The notes under the pieces are model-generated. The model worked only from the letters and a program-made list of their open reading frames with translations. It had not been told where the DNA came from and did not search any database. A program made the position numbers and the translations under genes. Of a stretch of DNA of 64,000 nucleotides, positions 1 through 8,231 are shown piece by piece (position 1 is the first letter of the stretch; every line of letters begins with the position of its first letter). This DNA comes from a virus (lineage: Duplodnaviria > Caudoviricetes), in IMG/VR virus record IMGVR_UViG_3300037047_000162, positions 3,566 through 67,565 of that record; one strand, 5' to 3'.

Positions 1-636
1 TTCCTTTAGGTGAAATAAAAATGCCATTTTTTGGTGTAATAACAACATATCAGGCTACACAAGTCTCGATAGTCATTTTTACGAGCCGATATCTGCGTGG
101 GACGGGCGCTAGAAAAGCGACCCCAAACCTGATTACGCTGTTGGAGGGGAATGCCCGTTCTGGTCTCCTCGATCACCGATCACACCACAACCGGGCACCA
201 CCTGACATCTGAACAAGCATACCTTATACATGAACGCATGAATAGTTAGTTGGGGGGTTGGGTAAATCGCAAATCGGTAGACTACCGTTTTGCGCCGAAG
301 AGCAGCCGAAATAGCCGTTCACAAGCCCGGCAGTCTGCACTGAACGAAAGTCCCAAGATGTCGCCTAGGCCGAAAATTGGCTGTTTCGAGCCGGATTTTT
401 CCGACCGCGAGTTCGCGTATCGTCGCTGCGATATCCGACCGCGGGCCGAACCCTATCAAGGGATCTTGGAATGTCCGGATTTCGCTGCGACCTGTTGACA
501 GGCAGGAGGTTGCGTCCTCCAATCATGGGGACGGGTTGTCGCGATAGGGTGTCACTTCAGCGGCATATCGCGGATACGTCGGGTGATTACCGGTTTCGGT
601 AAATCAGTGGTTCGGCACACAGAAACGGAGGTCGCT

Positions 637-2094
637 ATGAGTGGTCCGGAAGAGAGGCGGGCAGAGGAACTCAGTCACTTGGTCCGAGAGTTTCTCGCAG
701 CCAGTAAAACGGGTATATCGGACGATGGCGAAGTCCGTGAAGACGAGAAAAGGGATGACTATGAACTCGCATCATCAATTATCAAGGCGTGCAAGGGACT
801 CGGTAAACTGAGGTCACTTTGCTCTCCAGAGGAATTCGAGAGAATCCTCTTGCTTGCCCACAACTACGGAAACCGATGGTCTGTAATGAGCGAAGCGTTT
901 GCTGAGATTGGCACGTCGAGGACCATAGGCCGCCTCATATTCGGACTCTACCAATCTTCCTATCCGGACGAAGTGAGTCGGTCCAAGTCTGCGCTCATTA
1001 CCGCTGGAAAGAAGGCCCACGTTTATCTTCTGCGTCACCTCGCCGAGGACAGAAAGAACCGAGAGTGGTGGATTCCCGTGAGAAGAGCAATCCTGGACGT
1101 ATTGGCTGCGACCGGTGATGGGGAATGTATCCCGACGATAGAGGCTGTCATGCGAGCGGACTCATCCGTACATGCTGAGGCACAAGCCGCTCTTGCCGCT
1201 ATCACCGGGGCGCGTGGAGCGGAACGAAGCCCGACGATAGAGGCTGTCATGCGATCGAACTCATCGGGACCAACTGAGGCACAAGGCGCTCTTGCAGCAA
1301 TGACTGGAGCACGCGATGCGGAACTGGGACTCCATCTGGCGGCGACGAAAGGGGATACTGGGGCAATCCAAGCATTGTTGGCCAAGGGACGTGATGTGAA
1401 CGAGCGGGAGTCCAGGGGTGGAGCCACCCCCCTGCATATGGCAGCGTCATCCGGCCAGCTCAGCGCCGCAGGGCTGCTGCTCGACAACGGAGCTGAGATC
1501 GACGCCAGGGCGCGGGACAAGGAGGGGTGGACTCCCCTTCACGCCGCAGCCCATCGCGGCCAGGCAGAGATGATCGCTTTTCTCATTAGCCGAGGCGCCA
1601 GCACTGAGGCACAAGACAAGGAAGGATGGACGCCGCTTCACGCGGCGGTTGACGGGCACCACGCGACTGCGGCAGAGCAACTCCTCAAAGGAGGAGCGAA
1701 GGTGGATGCGAGAGCATTCGGTGGAGGTGCGACCCCCCTCATTGCGGCAGCTGCAACATCTGGTGCCACTTCCGTAGCACGTGTCCTGGTCGAGCACGGC
1801 GCGAACATCGAGGCTAGGGATTCCGACGGGGGCACACCCCTCCTATGGGCGGCCTTTCGGGGCAATGCTGATACGGCAAGACTGCTTCTCGGACACGGTG
1901 CCGACCGCACTGCCACGACGAGGGGAGGCATGTCAGTGCGGTCGGCACTTGCGCAAACCGGCAACGCGTCGTTGCTGGATGCCCCGCAGAGCTTGGGTTC
2001 TTCGCGAACACGACAGACCGCTCCGGCGAAAGTTCAAGAAGCGCCTCGGGGGGCCGTTACGGCCACAAGGAAATGGTGGCAGTTCTGGAAATGA
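637..2094 (+). CDS. Ankyrin-repeat protein with N-terminal HEAT-like region
   Basis: Repeated G.TPLH.AA..G motifs. GGAGG RBS lies before ATG 637. Ends KWWQFWK. Confidence 0.9.
   Translation: MSGPEERRAEELSHLVREFLAASKTGISDDGEVREDEKRDDYELASSIIKACKGLGKLRSLCSPEEFERILLLAHNYGNRWSVMSEAFAEIGTSRTIGRLIFGLYQSSYPDEVSRSKSALITAGKKAHVYLLRHLAEDRKNREWWIPVRRAILDVLAATGDGECIPTIEAVMRADSSVHAEAQAALAAITGARGAERSPTIEAVMRSNSSGPTEAQGALAAMTGARDAELGLHLAATKGDTGAIQALLAKGRDVNERESRGGATPLHMAASSGQLSAAGLLLDNGAEIDARARDKEGWTPLHAAAHRGQAEMIAFLISRGASTEAQDKEGWTPLHAAVDGHHATAAEQLLKGGAKVDARAFGGGATPLIAAAATSGATSVARVLVEHGANIEARDSDGGTPLLWAAFRGNADTARLLLGHGADRTATTRGGMSVRSALAQTGNASLLDAPQSLGSSRTRQTAPAKVQEAPRGAVTATRKWWQFWK
1131..1323 (+). repeat. 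Intragenic 99-bp (33-aa) tandem duplication
   Basis: CCCGACGATAGAGGCTGTCATGCGA starts at 1131 and 1230; PTIEAVMR...AQ.ALAA.TGAR occurs twice. Confidence 0.9.
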
Positions 2095-2103
2095 GCGCGA
2101 CGA

Positions 2104-2161
2104 GCCGAACCAAGGAGTGCAGGCGACGCGGTATCCGCGCGCCTGACTCCTGTCGTTACTG
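2104..2161 (+). other. attC recombination site (58 bp)
   Basis: R'' GCCGAAC; arm AGGAGT(G)CAGGCG(A)CGCGG pairs with CCGCGCGCCTGACTCCT leaving two extrahelical bases; R' GTTACTG. Confidence 0.9.
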
Positions 2162-2851
2162 AACAGTCGATCTGGCGGCCCGCCAGTCAACTCCGGAGAT
2201 TCTCGCCGCTCGGTCCTGGCGGCCGCAGAAGTGATAGATGGAACGGGTCATGCACTTAGGAAGATCGGGGCGCCAGCTCGTGTTGGCGTGGGTTTGGTTC
2301 CAGCGATCGGCGAGCAGCTGGTGGAATTGGAAGTTGACGCAGAGGACGCATAGGACGGATTGGTCGCCGAGGCCCCAGGCGGGGAATTTGTGGGTGCGGC
2401 CGATGGCTCGCCAGAGACGGAACCAGGGGAGCAGTTGACGTGGGCCGTAGAGTAGCATCCCCGCGTTGATGCACTGGCGGCCGCCTGGTTGTCGTAGGCC
2501 GAGGTGCTTTGACCAGCGACGGGTTTGGTTGGAGAGCCAGCGCTCGAGCCGGTACTGCCTGGGATGCTGCAGGTCTCGACAAACGCCCAGGCGGCCCGGA
2601 TCGCACTCGGTGAACGGGCTCGGGCAGTCTTCGGCAATGAGCATGTCGGCGTCGATCTGCAGGACGTGATCGTAACGCAGCAGATGGTCGATGGCGAAGG
2701 TCTTCTGCCACCAGAAATGGCAGTCGGCCAGGGGCTCGCGGAATGCGACAAGATCGGCGCCCCATCGCTCCGCGGCGCTCTGGTACGACTCAAGGGACTT
2801 GGGGTGAAGCACTCCGTCTCCGATCGCAAGGGTTGCGATGCAGTTGGTCAT
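2156..2851 (-). CDS. GT-A fold glycosyltransferase (GT8-like)
   Basis: WWQK...VLQIDADML (DxD), INAGMLL, GDQSVL motifs. ATGA overlap with the upstream gene sets the start at 2851. Confidence 0.75.
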   Translation of the reverse strand: MTNCIATLAIGDGVLHPKSLESYQSAAERWGADLVAFREPLADCHFWWQKTFAIDHLLRYDHVLQIDADMLIAEDCPSPFTECDPGRLGVCRDLQHPRQYRLERWLSNQTRRWSKHLGLRQPGGRQCINAGMLLYGPRQLLPWFRLWRAIGRTHKFPAWGLGDQSVLCVLCVNFQFHQLLADRWNQTHANTSWRPDLPKCMTRSIYHFCGRQDRAARISGVDWRAARSTVQ

Positions 2852-3552
2852 GCGGAATCCCTGAAGGCGTGGCGGAGGCATTGGCCGAGGAAGGTGGGGC
2901 TGGCCATTAGATGGTGCTCGGGGTGGCGGGCGAAACGGCGGTAGACGATGTGATTGATCGGCCAAAGAACGGCGGAGGAGGGGTTAAGCCCTCGGCCTCG
3001 ACAGCACATCATTCGCGGAATGTTGCGGTAGAGGAACGGATAGTAGGGGCGGTCGGGAAGTTCGACCGATCTGCTGGGGTCGGTTGGGAAGGGGATGTGG
3101 GCACGCAGTAGACGATTCAAGGGGGTTTGCCTGCGGTAGGTGCGCATGACGTGGGAGTAGCGGCGGTACGCTTCGGCAAAGATCGGACTGCCGGCACGGC
3201 CGCCGAGCGGGGTCTCGCGGGCAGCGAAACCGGGGTTGCGGACGCCTACCAGGTCGTGGTCGGCGGCCAATGGTGCGAGTTCGATCGGGGCGGTGCAGAT
3301 GGTGTCGGCGTCGACCCAGACGCCGCCGTGCTGCCAGATGAGCCATACGCGAAGGAGGTTGGTGCGGAAGGCGGGTGTCAGCGGGCGTGTGATCGAGCGG
3401 ACTTCGGCGCTGGCCGGCATGGCAGCTACGTCGGCGGGGCCGATCAGACGAGCGGTGGGGTTGTGCCGCTGGATCGAGCGGATGCACAAGTCGACCAACG
3501 GCGGTTTGGGGCCTTCCCAGTAGAGCCAGATGGGCGGGATGTCATTGGTCAT
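2848..3552 (-). CDS. DxD glycosyltransferase (GT32 / capsular-synthesis-like)
   Basis: IWLYWEG...CIRSIQRHNP...LRVWLIWQHGGVWVDAD. Confidence 0.8.
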   Translation of the reverse strand: MTNDIPPIWLYWEGPKPPLVDLCIRSIQRHNPTARLIGPADVAAMPASAEVRSITRPLTPAFRTNLLRVWLIWQHGGVWVDADTICTAPIELAPLAADHDLVGVRNPGFAARETPLGGRAGSPIFAEAYRRYSHVMRTYRRQTPLNRLLRAHIPFPTDPSRSVELPDRPYYPFLYRNIPRMMCCRGRGLNPSSAVLWPINHIVYRRFARHPEHHLMASPTFLGQCLRHAFRDSA

Positions 3553-3555
3553 TGG

Positions 3556-5070
3556 TCAGTGGTTGGCGCTTACGTGGCGTTTGCTGGGGTCGATGGCGCC
3601 GGCCGCGGTGGCGAGTTGGTCGGCGGTGGGCTGCAGGCCGATCCAAGCGGTGAGTTGGGCCAGCTGGCCGGCGGGATCGGTCAGTAGGTCGTCGTAGGCC
3701 ACGCGGTACACCTGGTCGGGGATCTCGGCGGCGAGGGCGTCGCGACCTTGGGCGAGCCAGCGTTGATGGGCGGCGATCGCCTCGGCGGCTAGGCCGGTGG
3801 CGTTGGTCCGGCGAATGAGGCTGTCGATGGATTCCTGGATGGGGCGGTCGGCGATGATGATGCGGAGGCCGTCGCCGCAGATCGACCGGAGTTGACGGCC
3901 GGCTTGACAGAGCTGGGGATACTTGATGGCGGGGAGCATACCGCGGCTTGCAGATTCTCGCTGGCGGGCTTCGATGAACGCTTTGAGGTGGCGCCAGAGC
4001 CAGCGACGGGGGCGGGAAAAACCAGCGGGCTGACGCCAGCCGCTCGCCGGGGAGGGGATGGAACCGGCGGGCTGACGCCAGCCGCTCGCCGGGGATGGGA
4101 TGGAACCGGCGGGCTGACGACGGTCGGTCGCCGGGAAGGGGATGGCTTGTTCCATGATGGTGGCAAGGTGCTTGTGCTCGCCGCCCTTGGCGGGCGAGTG
4201 CTTGCCCCAGTAGCCGATCAGCTCGCCGGGTTCGCCGAACCAGAGGCCGCAGTGCCAGAGGGCTTGGGCGAGCGCGGATGATCCGGAGCTGTGTAGGCCG
4301 AGGATGGCTACGCACGATGGCGGCGGGAGGGACGAGCGGCGGTCGTCGGCGGACGCGGACGCGGCAGAACCGGCGGGCTGACGCCGGCCGCTCGCCAAGT
4401 GCTCGGCGGGGCGCCAGAAGCGTTCGGGGGGCGTCTTGCCGTTGATGTTGCTCTTGCCGCTGGCTTGGCCGACTAGCCATTCTCCGGGGCAGTAGATGCG
4501 GTGTTTGCGCTGCTGATGGAGTCGGCCGAGGTGATGGTCGATGTGGTTGCGGCGGTGCCAGTCGTGGCGCAGGAGGTGATGGTAGACAACTTGGAGCATG
4601 TCGCCTTGCAGGGCAAAGGCGTGGGTGCGGTTGACGTTGTAGGGCTGGTAGACGCCGGGGTGGATTTCGACGGGCGGGTGCCGCGCGGCGAAGAGGTGCT
4701 GGCCGCCGAGGTAGAGCATTTGCCAGTCGGCGGGGACGGTGCGGAGCCAGTCGAGAGCGCGGGCGGTGAAGCCGGGCGGGAAGAGGGCGTCGTCTTCGAG
4801 GATCAGGATCGAGCGGACGGCGTCGTTCAGGGCGGATTCGATGATCTGCAGATGGCTGCGATAACAGCCCCAGGCACCGCCGCCGCTGGTCCAGTGCTCG
4901 GGATGTCTGACTCGCTGGCCGTCGATCGCCGGGATGCGGATGGGCATGGGCCAGGGCCAGTCGGCGGGGAGCCCCTCGGCGAATCGACGCCAACGGTCGG
5001 GACGGCGGTCGAGGTTGATGCAGACGACGCGGGCGAAGGCGTGTTGGGGGTCTTGGATCGTGGTGGTCAT
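3556..5070 (-). CDS. GT25-like glycosyltransferase fused to P-loop sulfotransferase-like domain
   Basis: N-terminal INLDRRPDRW, GCYRSH, LILEDDA. C-terminal ILGLHSSGSSALA (5'-PSB-like), IIADRPIQES, VAYDDLLTDP. Confidence 0.8.
   Translation of the reverse strand: MTTTIQDPQHAFARVVCINLDRRPDRWRRFAEGLPADWPWPMPIRIPAIDGQRVRHPEHWTSGGGAWGCYRSHLQIIESALNDAVRSILILEDDALFPPGFTARALDWLRTVPADWQMLYLGGQHLFAARHPPVEIHPGVYQPYNVNRTHAFALQGDMLQVVYHHLLRHDWHRRNHIDHHLGRLHQQRKHRIYCPGEWLVGQASGKSNINGKTPPERFWRPAEHLASGRRQPAGSAASASADDRRSSLPPPSCVAILGLHSSGSSALAQALWHCGLWFGEPGELIGYWGKHSPAKGGEHKHLATIMEQAIPFPATDRRQPAGSIPSPASGWRQPAGSIPSPASGWRQPAGFSRPRRWLWRHLKAFIEARQRESASRGMLPAIKYPQLCQAGRQLRSICGDGLRIIIADRPIQESIDSLIRRTNATGLAAEAIAAHQRWLAQGRDALAAEIPDQVYRVAYDDLLTDPAGQLAQLTAWIGLQPTADQLATAAGAIDPSKRHVSANH
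4021..4396 (+). repeat. Four in-frame REP-like repeats (ACCGGCGGGCTGACGCCAGCCGCTCGCC) inside the GT25/ST gene
   Basis: Copies at 4021, 4063 and 4105 (42-bp period) and at 4369, translated as GWRQPAGS/GRRQPAGS. Confidence 0.9.
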
Positions 5071-5148
5071 GGGGCGGTTGCGGTGGCGTCGGTTGCGGTG
5101 GCAGGGTGGACAGGGCATTTGGTTTACCGGCGGCTAGCGCCTTGCCGC

Positions 5149-5724
5149 TCACTGGGCGCGGCGGATGGATTCGTCGATCAGGCTGCCGTAGACGTCGGTC
5201 AGGTCGAGACGCCAGGCGATGCCGGTCGAGACGGCCTTGGCGGCGGCGCGGGCGACGTCGAGCCAGCCGTATTCTTTGGCGTTGGTGCGCATCGCGGCGA
5301 TGATGTCGGTACGGGCCAGTCTGCAGCCGACGGCGCCCCAGGCGTTCATTCGCTCGGCCAAGCTCAGGCAGTTGCACGTGGGCTTGTGCTGGATGCCCAG
5401 TTCGGCCAGCAATCGCCACAGCTGGCTGCCGGGTTCGGTGCCGTGCATGATCTCGTTTAGCCGGACGCTGGGCTGCTGTGCAGGCTGGCGTGGCAAGAGG
5501 TGGCCGTGGTCGCGCATGATTCGCTGTCTCACCTCGGGCCTGTCGCGAGTCTGGGCCAGTGCGAGGCTGACGATTACCTCGTTGATTTGCTGCGGCGGAT
5601 CGGCCTTGTGCGTGCAAAACTCGCAGGCCGTCTTGTGCGGACGCGGGGCGGCGTCGATGTCGTACTGTTGACACAGCTGGCGGGCCAGATGGCAGACGTC
5701 GATGAATAGGTGTTTGCAGGTCAT
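5149..5724 (-). CDS. Hypothetical Cys-containing phage protein (tail-distal region)
   Basis: Continuous ORF in the late operon with CxxC motifs; function not recognised. Confidence 0.6.
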   Translation of the reverse strand: MTCKHLFIDVCHLARQLCQQYDIDAAPRPHKTACEFCTHKADPPQQINEVIVSLALAQTRDRPEVRQRIMRDHGHLLPRQPAQQPSVRLNEIMHGTEPGSQLWRLLAELGIQHKPTCNCLSLAERMNAWGAVGCRLARTDIIAAMRTNAKEYGWLDVARAAAKAVSTGIAWRLDLTDVYGSLIDESIRRAQ

Positions 5725-5732
5725 ATTTATTC

Positions 5733-7322
5733 CTACGGTTTGAAGCACGCACCTCCACTCGCTTGTTGGCCGACGTACCAACCGTTGCTGATCGGTGGAT
5801 TACAGGTACATGTCTGCCCGTCGATGGGCCAAGAGTAACATTGATTGATTGTGAGATCCCAACTGCTGCCATTCCATGTCCACCAGCAGTCTCCGGCACA
5901 GTCGTAGACGCCATTGTCGGAATCGTTGCCGTCGCTGCCGGAAGAATCGCTGCTGTCGCTACTGGAATCGCTGGGCGGCTGGTCGCTGCTGGAATCGCTG
6001 CTGGAATCGCTGTTCGAGACGTCGTTCGAGTCGTTGTTCGAGTCGTTGTTCGAGTCGTCGGAATCGCTGGGCGGCTCGTCGCTGCCCGAATCACTGGGCC
6101 GTTGGTCGCTGCCGGAGTCGCTGGGCGGCTGGTCACTGCTGGAATCGCTGGATTCATCGCACGGTCCCCAGCACGTGCCCTCGACTATCTGACCGGTGTA
6201 ATCGGGAAGTTCCCCCGGCGGCTCGCAATAGCACGGCGCGGCACAGGTCGTACCATCTTCGAGAAGGTACCAGACGCCAGATCCACCGCTATACAGACAC
6301 GTGCCGTTACAGGGGCAAGGCGACTCGCTACCGGAGTCGCTCGGTGGCGCGTCGCTGCCGGAATCACTCGGTGGCTGGTTGCTGTCGGAATCGCTCGCGC
6401 TCGTGCTGTCGCTCGTCGAGTCCGAGCTGCTGTCGTCGCTGGATGAATCCGACCTGCTGTCGTCGCTTGATGAGTCGGAGCTGTCGGACGAATCGCTGGA
6501 CGAATCGCTGCTGCTGTCATCGCTCGACGAATCGCTGGACGAACTGCTTTCGTCACACGACGGGTCCAGGGCGAGGGGCAGCCAGTCGTCGCTGGGTTCG
6601 AGTCGGACGGTGGTGTTGGCTTCGATGGACTCACAGGTGGCGTTGTAGGCGGTGACGGTGAGAAACCTGCCCCAAGCATCCGTCAGCAGGCATTGCTGGC
6701 CGATGAAGCCGGTCGGGCCGTAGAGGCTGACCGGTCCGCTGCCGAGCATCAGGCAGCGTCGGCCGCGGCGGGCGGCGGGGATGCCCGATCGGCCGACTTT
6801 GGCGACCACGCTGCGATTGTCGGCGTGGCCGATCTTGATGTGGCAGAGCTGCTCGCCGGTGACCGTGGGCGCGTTCAGCAGCTCCATCGGTCCGAAGAGG
6901 CCCGACTGGACGGTCGAGCCGCCGTAGGGGAACGCTCGACGGTGCCAGGTGGCGATGACGTTGACGTAGGCGAGCGAGACGCCACTGATCTGGGCCGGTC
7001 CGATCTTGCCGGCGGGTAGCGGGTCGAGTAGGACGCAGAGGATGTAGTTGCGGTTGGCGTCGCCCAGGCCGGTGGCGGTGATCCAGGGATGCTCGCGGGT
7101 AAGCGTGGTCAGCAGTCGCGTCTTGGTCACGGCCAGCACGTCGCCGCGGCGTTTGTCGGTCCCGGAGGCGTTGCGGACCATGATCACGTCGGTTTCGACC
7201 GGCTGCTGGCGTTCCGGGGGCCGGTCCGAGCCACGCTGATACGCGGCGACCGCGGCTGCAGTCGCGTTGTGCTCGGCGGCGGTGGGCGGTTTCCAGGTCT
7301 GTTTTGGTCGAACTTTTCGCAT
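5733..7322 (-). CDS. Putative tail-tip/fibre protein with Ser/Asp-rich repeats and Cys-rich modules
   Basis: Follows the tail genes. Two long S/D tracts (SSDQPPSDSGSD units) alternate with CPCNGTC...CAAPCYC and CAGDCWW...CTCNPP modules. Confidence 0.7.
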   Translation of the reverse strand: MRKVRPKQTWKPPTAAEHNATAAAVAAYQRGSDRPPERQQPVETDVIMVRNASGTDKRRGDVLAVTKTRLLTTLTREHPWITATGLGDANRNYILCVLLDPLPAGKIGPAQISGVSLAYVNVIATWHRRAFPYGGSTVQSGLFGPMELLNAPTVTGEQLCHIKIGHADNRSVVAKVGRSGIPAARRGRRCLMLGSGPVSLYGPTGFIGQQCLLTDAWGRFLTVTAYNATCESIEANTTVRLEPSDDWLPLALDPSCDESSSSSDSSSDDSSSDSSSDSSDSSDSSSDDSRSDSSSDDSSSDSTSDSTSASDSDSNQPPSDSGSDAPPSDSGSESPCPCNGTCLYSGGSGVWYLLEDGTTCAAPCYCEPPGELPDYTGQIVEGTCWGPCDESSDSSSDQPPSDSGSDQRPSDSGSDEPPSDSDDSNNDSNNDSNDVSNSDSSSDSSSDQPPSDSSSDSSDSSGSDGNDSDNGVYDCAGDCWWTWNGSSWDLTINQCYSWPIDGQTCTCNPPISNGWYVGQQASGGACFKP

Positions 7323-7323
7323 G

Positions 7324-8157
7324 TCAACTCCAACCGAAAACGGACGAATAGACCTTGTGCGGCCGGGGGCGGATGATCTCGATGTATTTCAACTTCTTGG
7401 CGGCGTGGGTCTTGCCATCGCTGTTGGTCTCGGCGGCAGGCTGGTAGACGGGCGAGACGACATCGAAGCCGCTCTTGCTGGCGATCGTGATGCCGCCGAC
7501 AACGAGGTTCGTCACGTTGGGGCTGGACTCGAAGCTGTAGCTGGCCGTCGCTTCACACTCGGTTTGCGAGAAGTTGCCGCCCATGTAACGCAGCTCGCCG
7601 GGCTGGTAGCCCAGGAACACGTCGGCGTTGGGATAGCCGCGGAGCGTGCCGACATTGCGGATGTACGCGGCGTTCAGGAACGCCTGGGGATGACGGTACA
7701 TGACGGTGAAGCGGTCTTCGGCCACGGGTACTTCGCAGCCGGTCACCTCTTCGCCATTCCAGAAGACGCCGCCAGAATTAGGGCATGAGTCCACTGGGTA
7801 GCCGGCGATCCGTTCCCCGGCGGTGACGTGGACGTTTCCCACAGCCTGGTCCACGGTGATCTGGTACGTGCCCGTCTGCCGGTTGACGGGCGAATAGGTC
7901 ACGCTGATGTCGTAGTGCTGGGCGTAGACGTTTTCGTGCAGCTGGATCGAGTTCCAGAACAAGGTGCCCATGTCGGTGCCGTAGGTCGCATAGCCGCCGA
8001 CGATCAGGGCCATCACTTGCGACGAAAGCCAGTCGAAGCAGTCGCCGCCGTGGAGGTACGGCAGGGTGCCGAGGACCTCGAACTTGCGCACGATCGTGAG
8101 GTTCTCGCGATCGAGCGTGAGGTCGGAGCCGGTTTTCAGGCGGAGGGTGAGGTCCAT
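7324..8157 (-). CDS. Putative distal tail protein
   Basis: Immediately downstream of the tape measure gene; beta-rich composition. Confidence 0.55.
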   Translation of the reverse strand: MDLTLRLKTGSDLTLDRENLTIVRKFEVLGTLPYLHGGDCFDWLSSQVMALIVGGYATYGTDMGTLFWNSIQLHENVYAQHYDISVTYSPVNRQTGTYQITVDQAVGNVHVTAGERIAGYPVDSCPNSGGVFWNGEEVTGCEVPVAEDRFTVMYRHPQAFLNAAYIRNVGTLRGYPNADVFLGYQPGELRYMGGNFSQTECEATASYSFESSPNVTNLVVGGITIASKSGFDVVSPVYQPAAETNSDGKTHAAKKLKYIEIIRPRPHKVYSSVFGWS

Positions 8158-8231
8158 GTTAGGTGAGAGGTGTTAGGTGTTAGGTGAGAGGGACCCGTGG
8201 GCTGACGCCGCACGGCTCGCCGGGGGTGCTT

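Larger units (their letters stand above)
611..2155 (+). mobile_element. Integron gene cassette (single, no IntI nearby) carrying the ankyrin gene
   Basis: It opens at G|TTCGGC (610-616) and closes with the exact complement GCCGAAC (2104-2110), followed by an attC hairpin ending at G|TT (2155-2157). Confidence 0.85.

Noticed and set aside
208-251. Possible additional attC (TCTGAAC...GTTAGTT)
   Set aside because: It is only ~44 bp and the arms do not pair convincingly.
495-523. Promoter TTGACA-N17-TCCAAT for the ankyrin cassette
   Set aside because: The -35 is perfect but the -10 is poor, so support is too weak to list it as a feature.
584-606. Hairpin as an intrinsic terminator of the late operon
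   Set aside because: There is no U-tract on either strand; kept only as part of the cassette target-site description.
4021-4132. 42-bp periodic repeats as a mini-CRISPR
   Set aside because: The spacers are near-identical and only 14 bp; the unit is a dispersed REP-like motif.
3542-6157. 871-aa ORF and other long alternative-frame ORFs (8280-9968, 18899-20401, 24212-26053, 24496-25965, 31704-33311)
   Set aside because: These are Arg/Pro/Ala-rich shadow frames of real genes in high-GC DNA, with no motifs.
5930-6545. Repeated GAATCGCTG/GTCGCTG units as a possible CRISPR array
   Set aside because: They are degenerate codon repeats of a Ser/Asp tract, with no constant repeat plus unique spacers and no cas genes.
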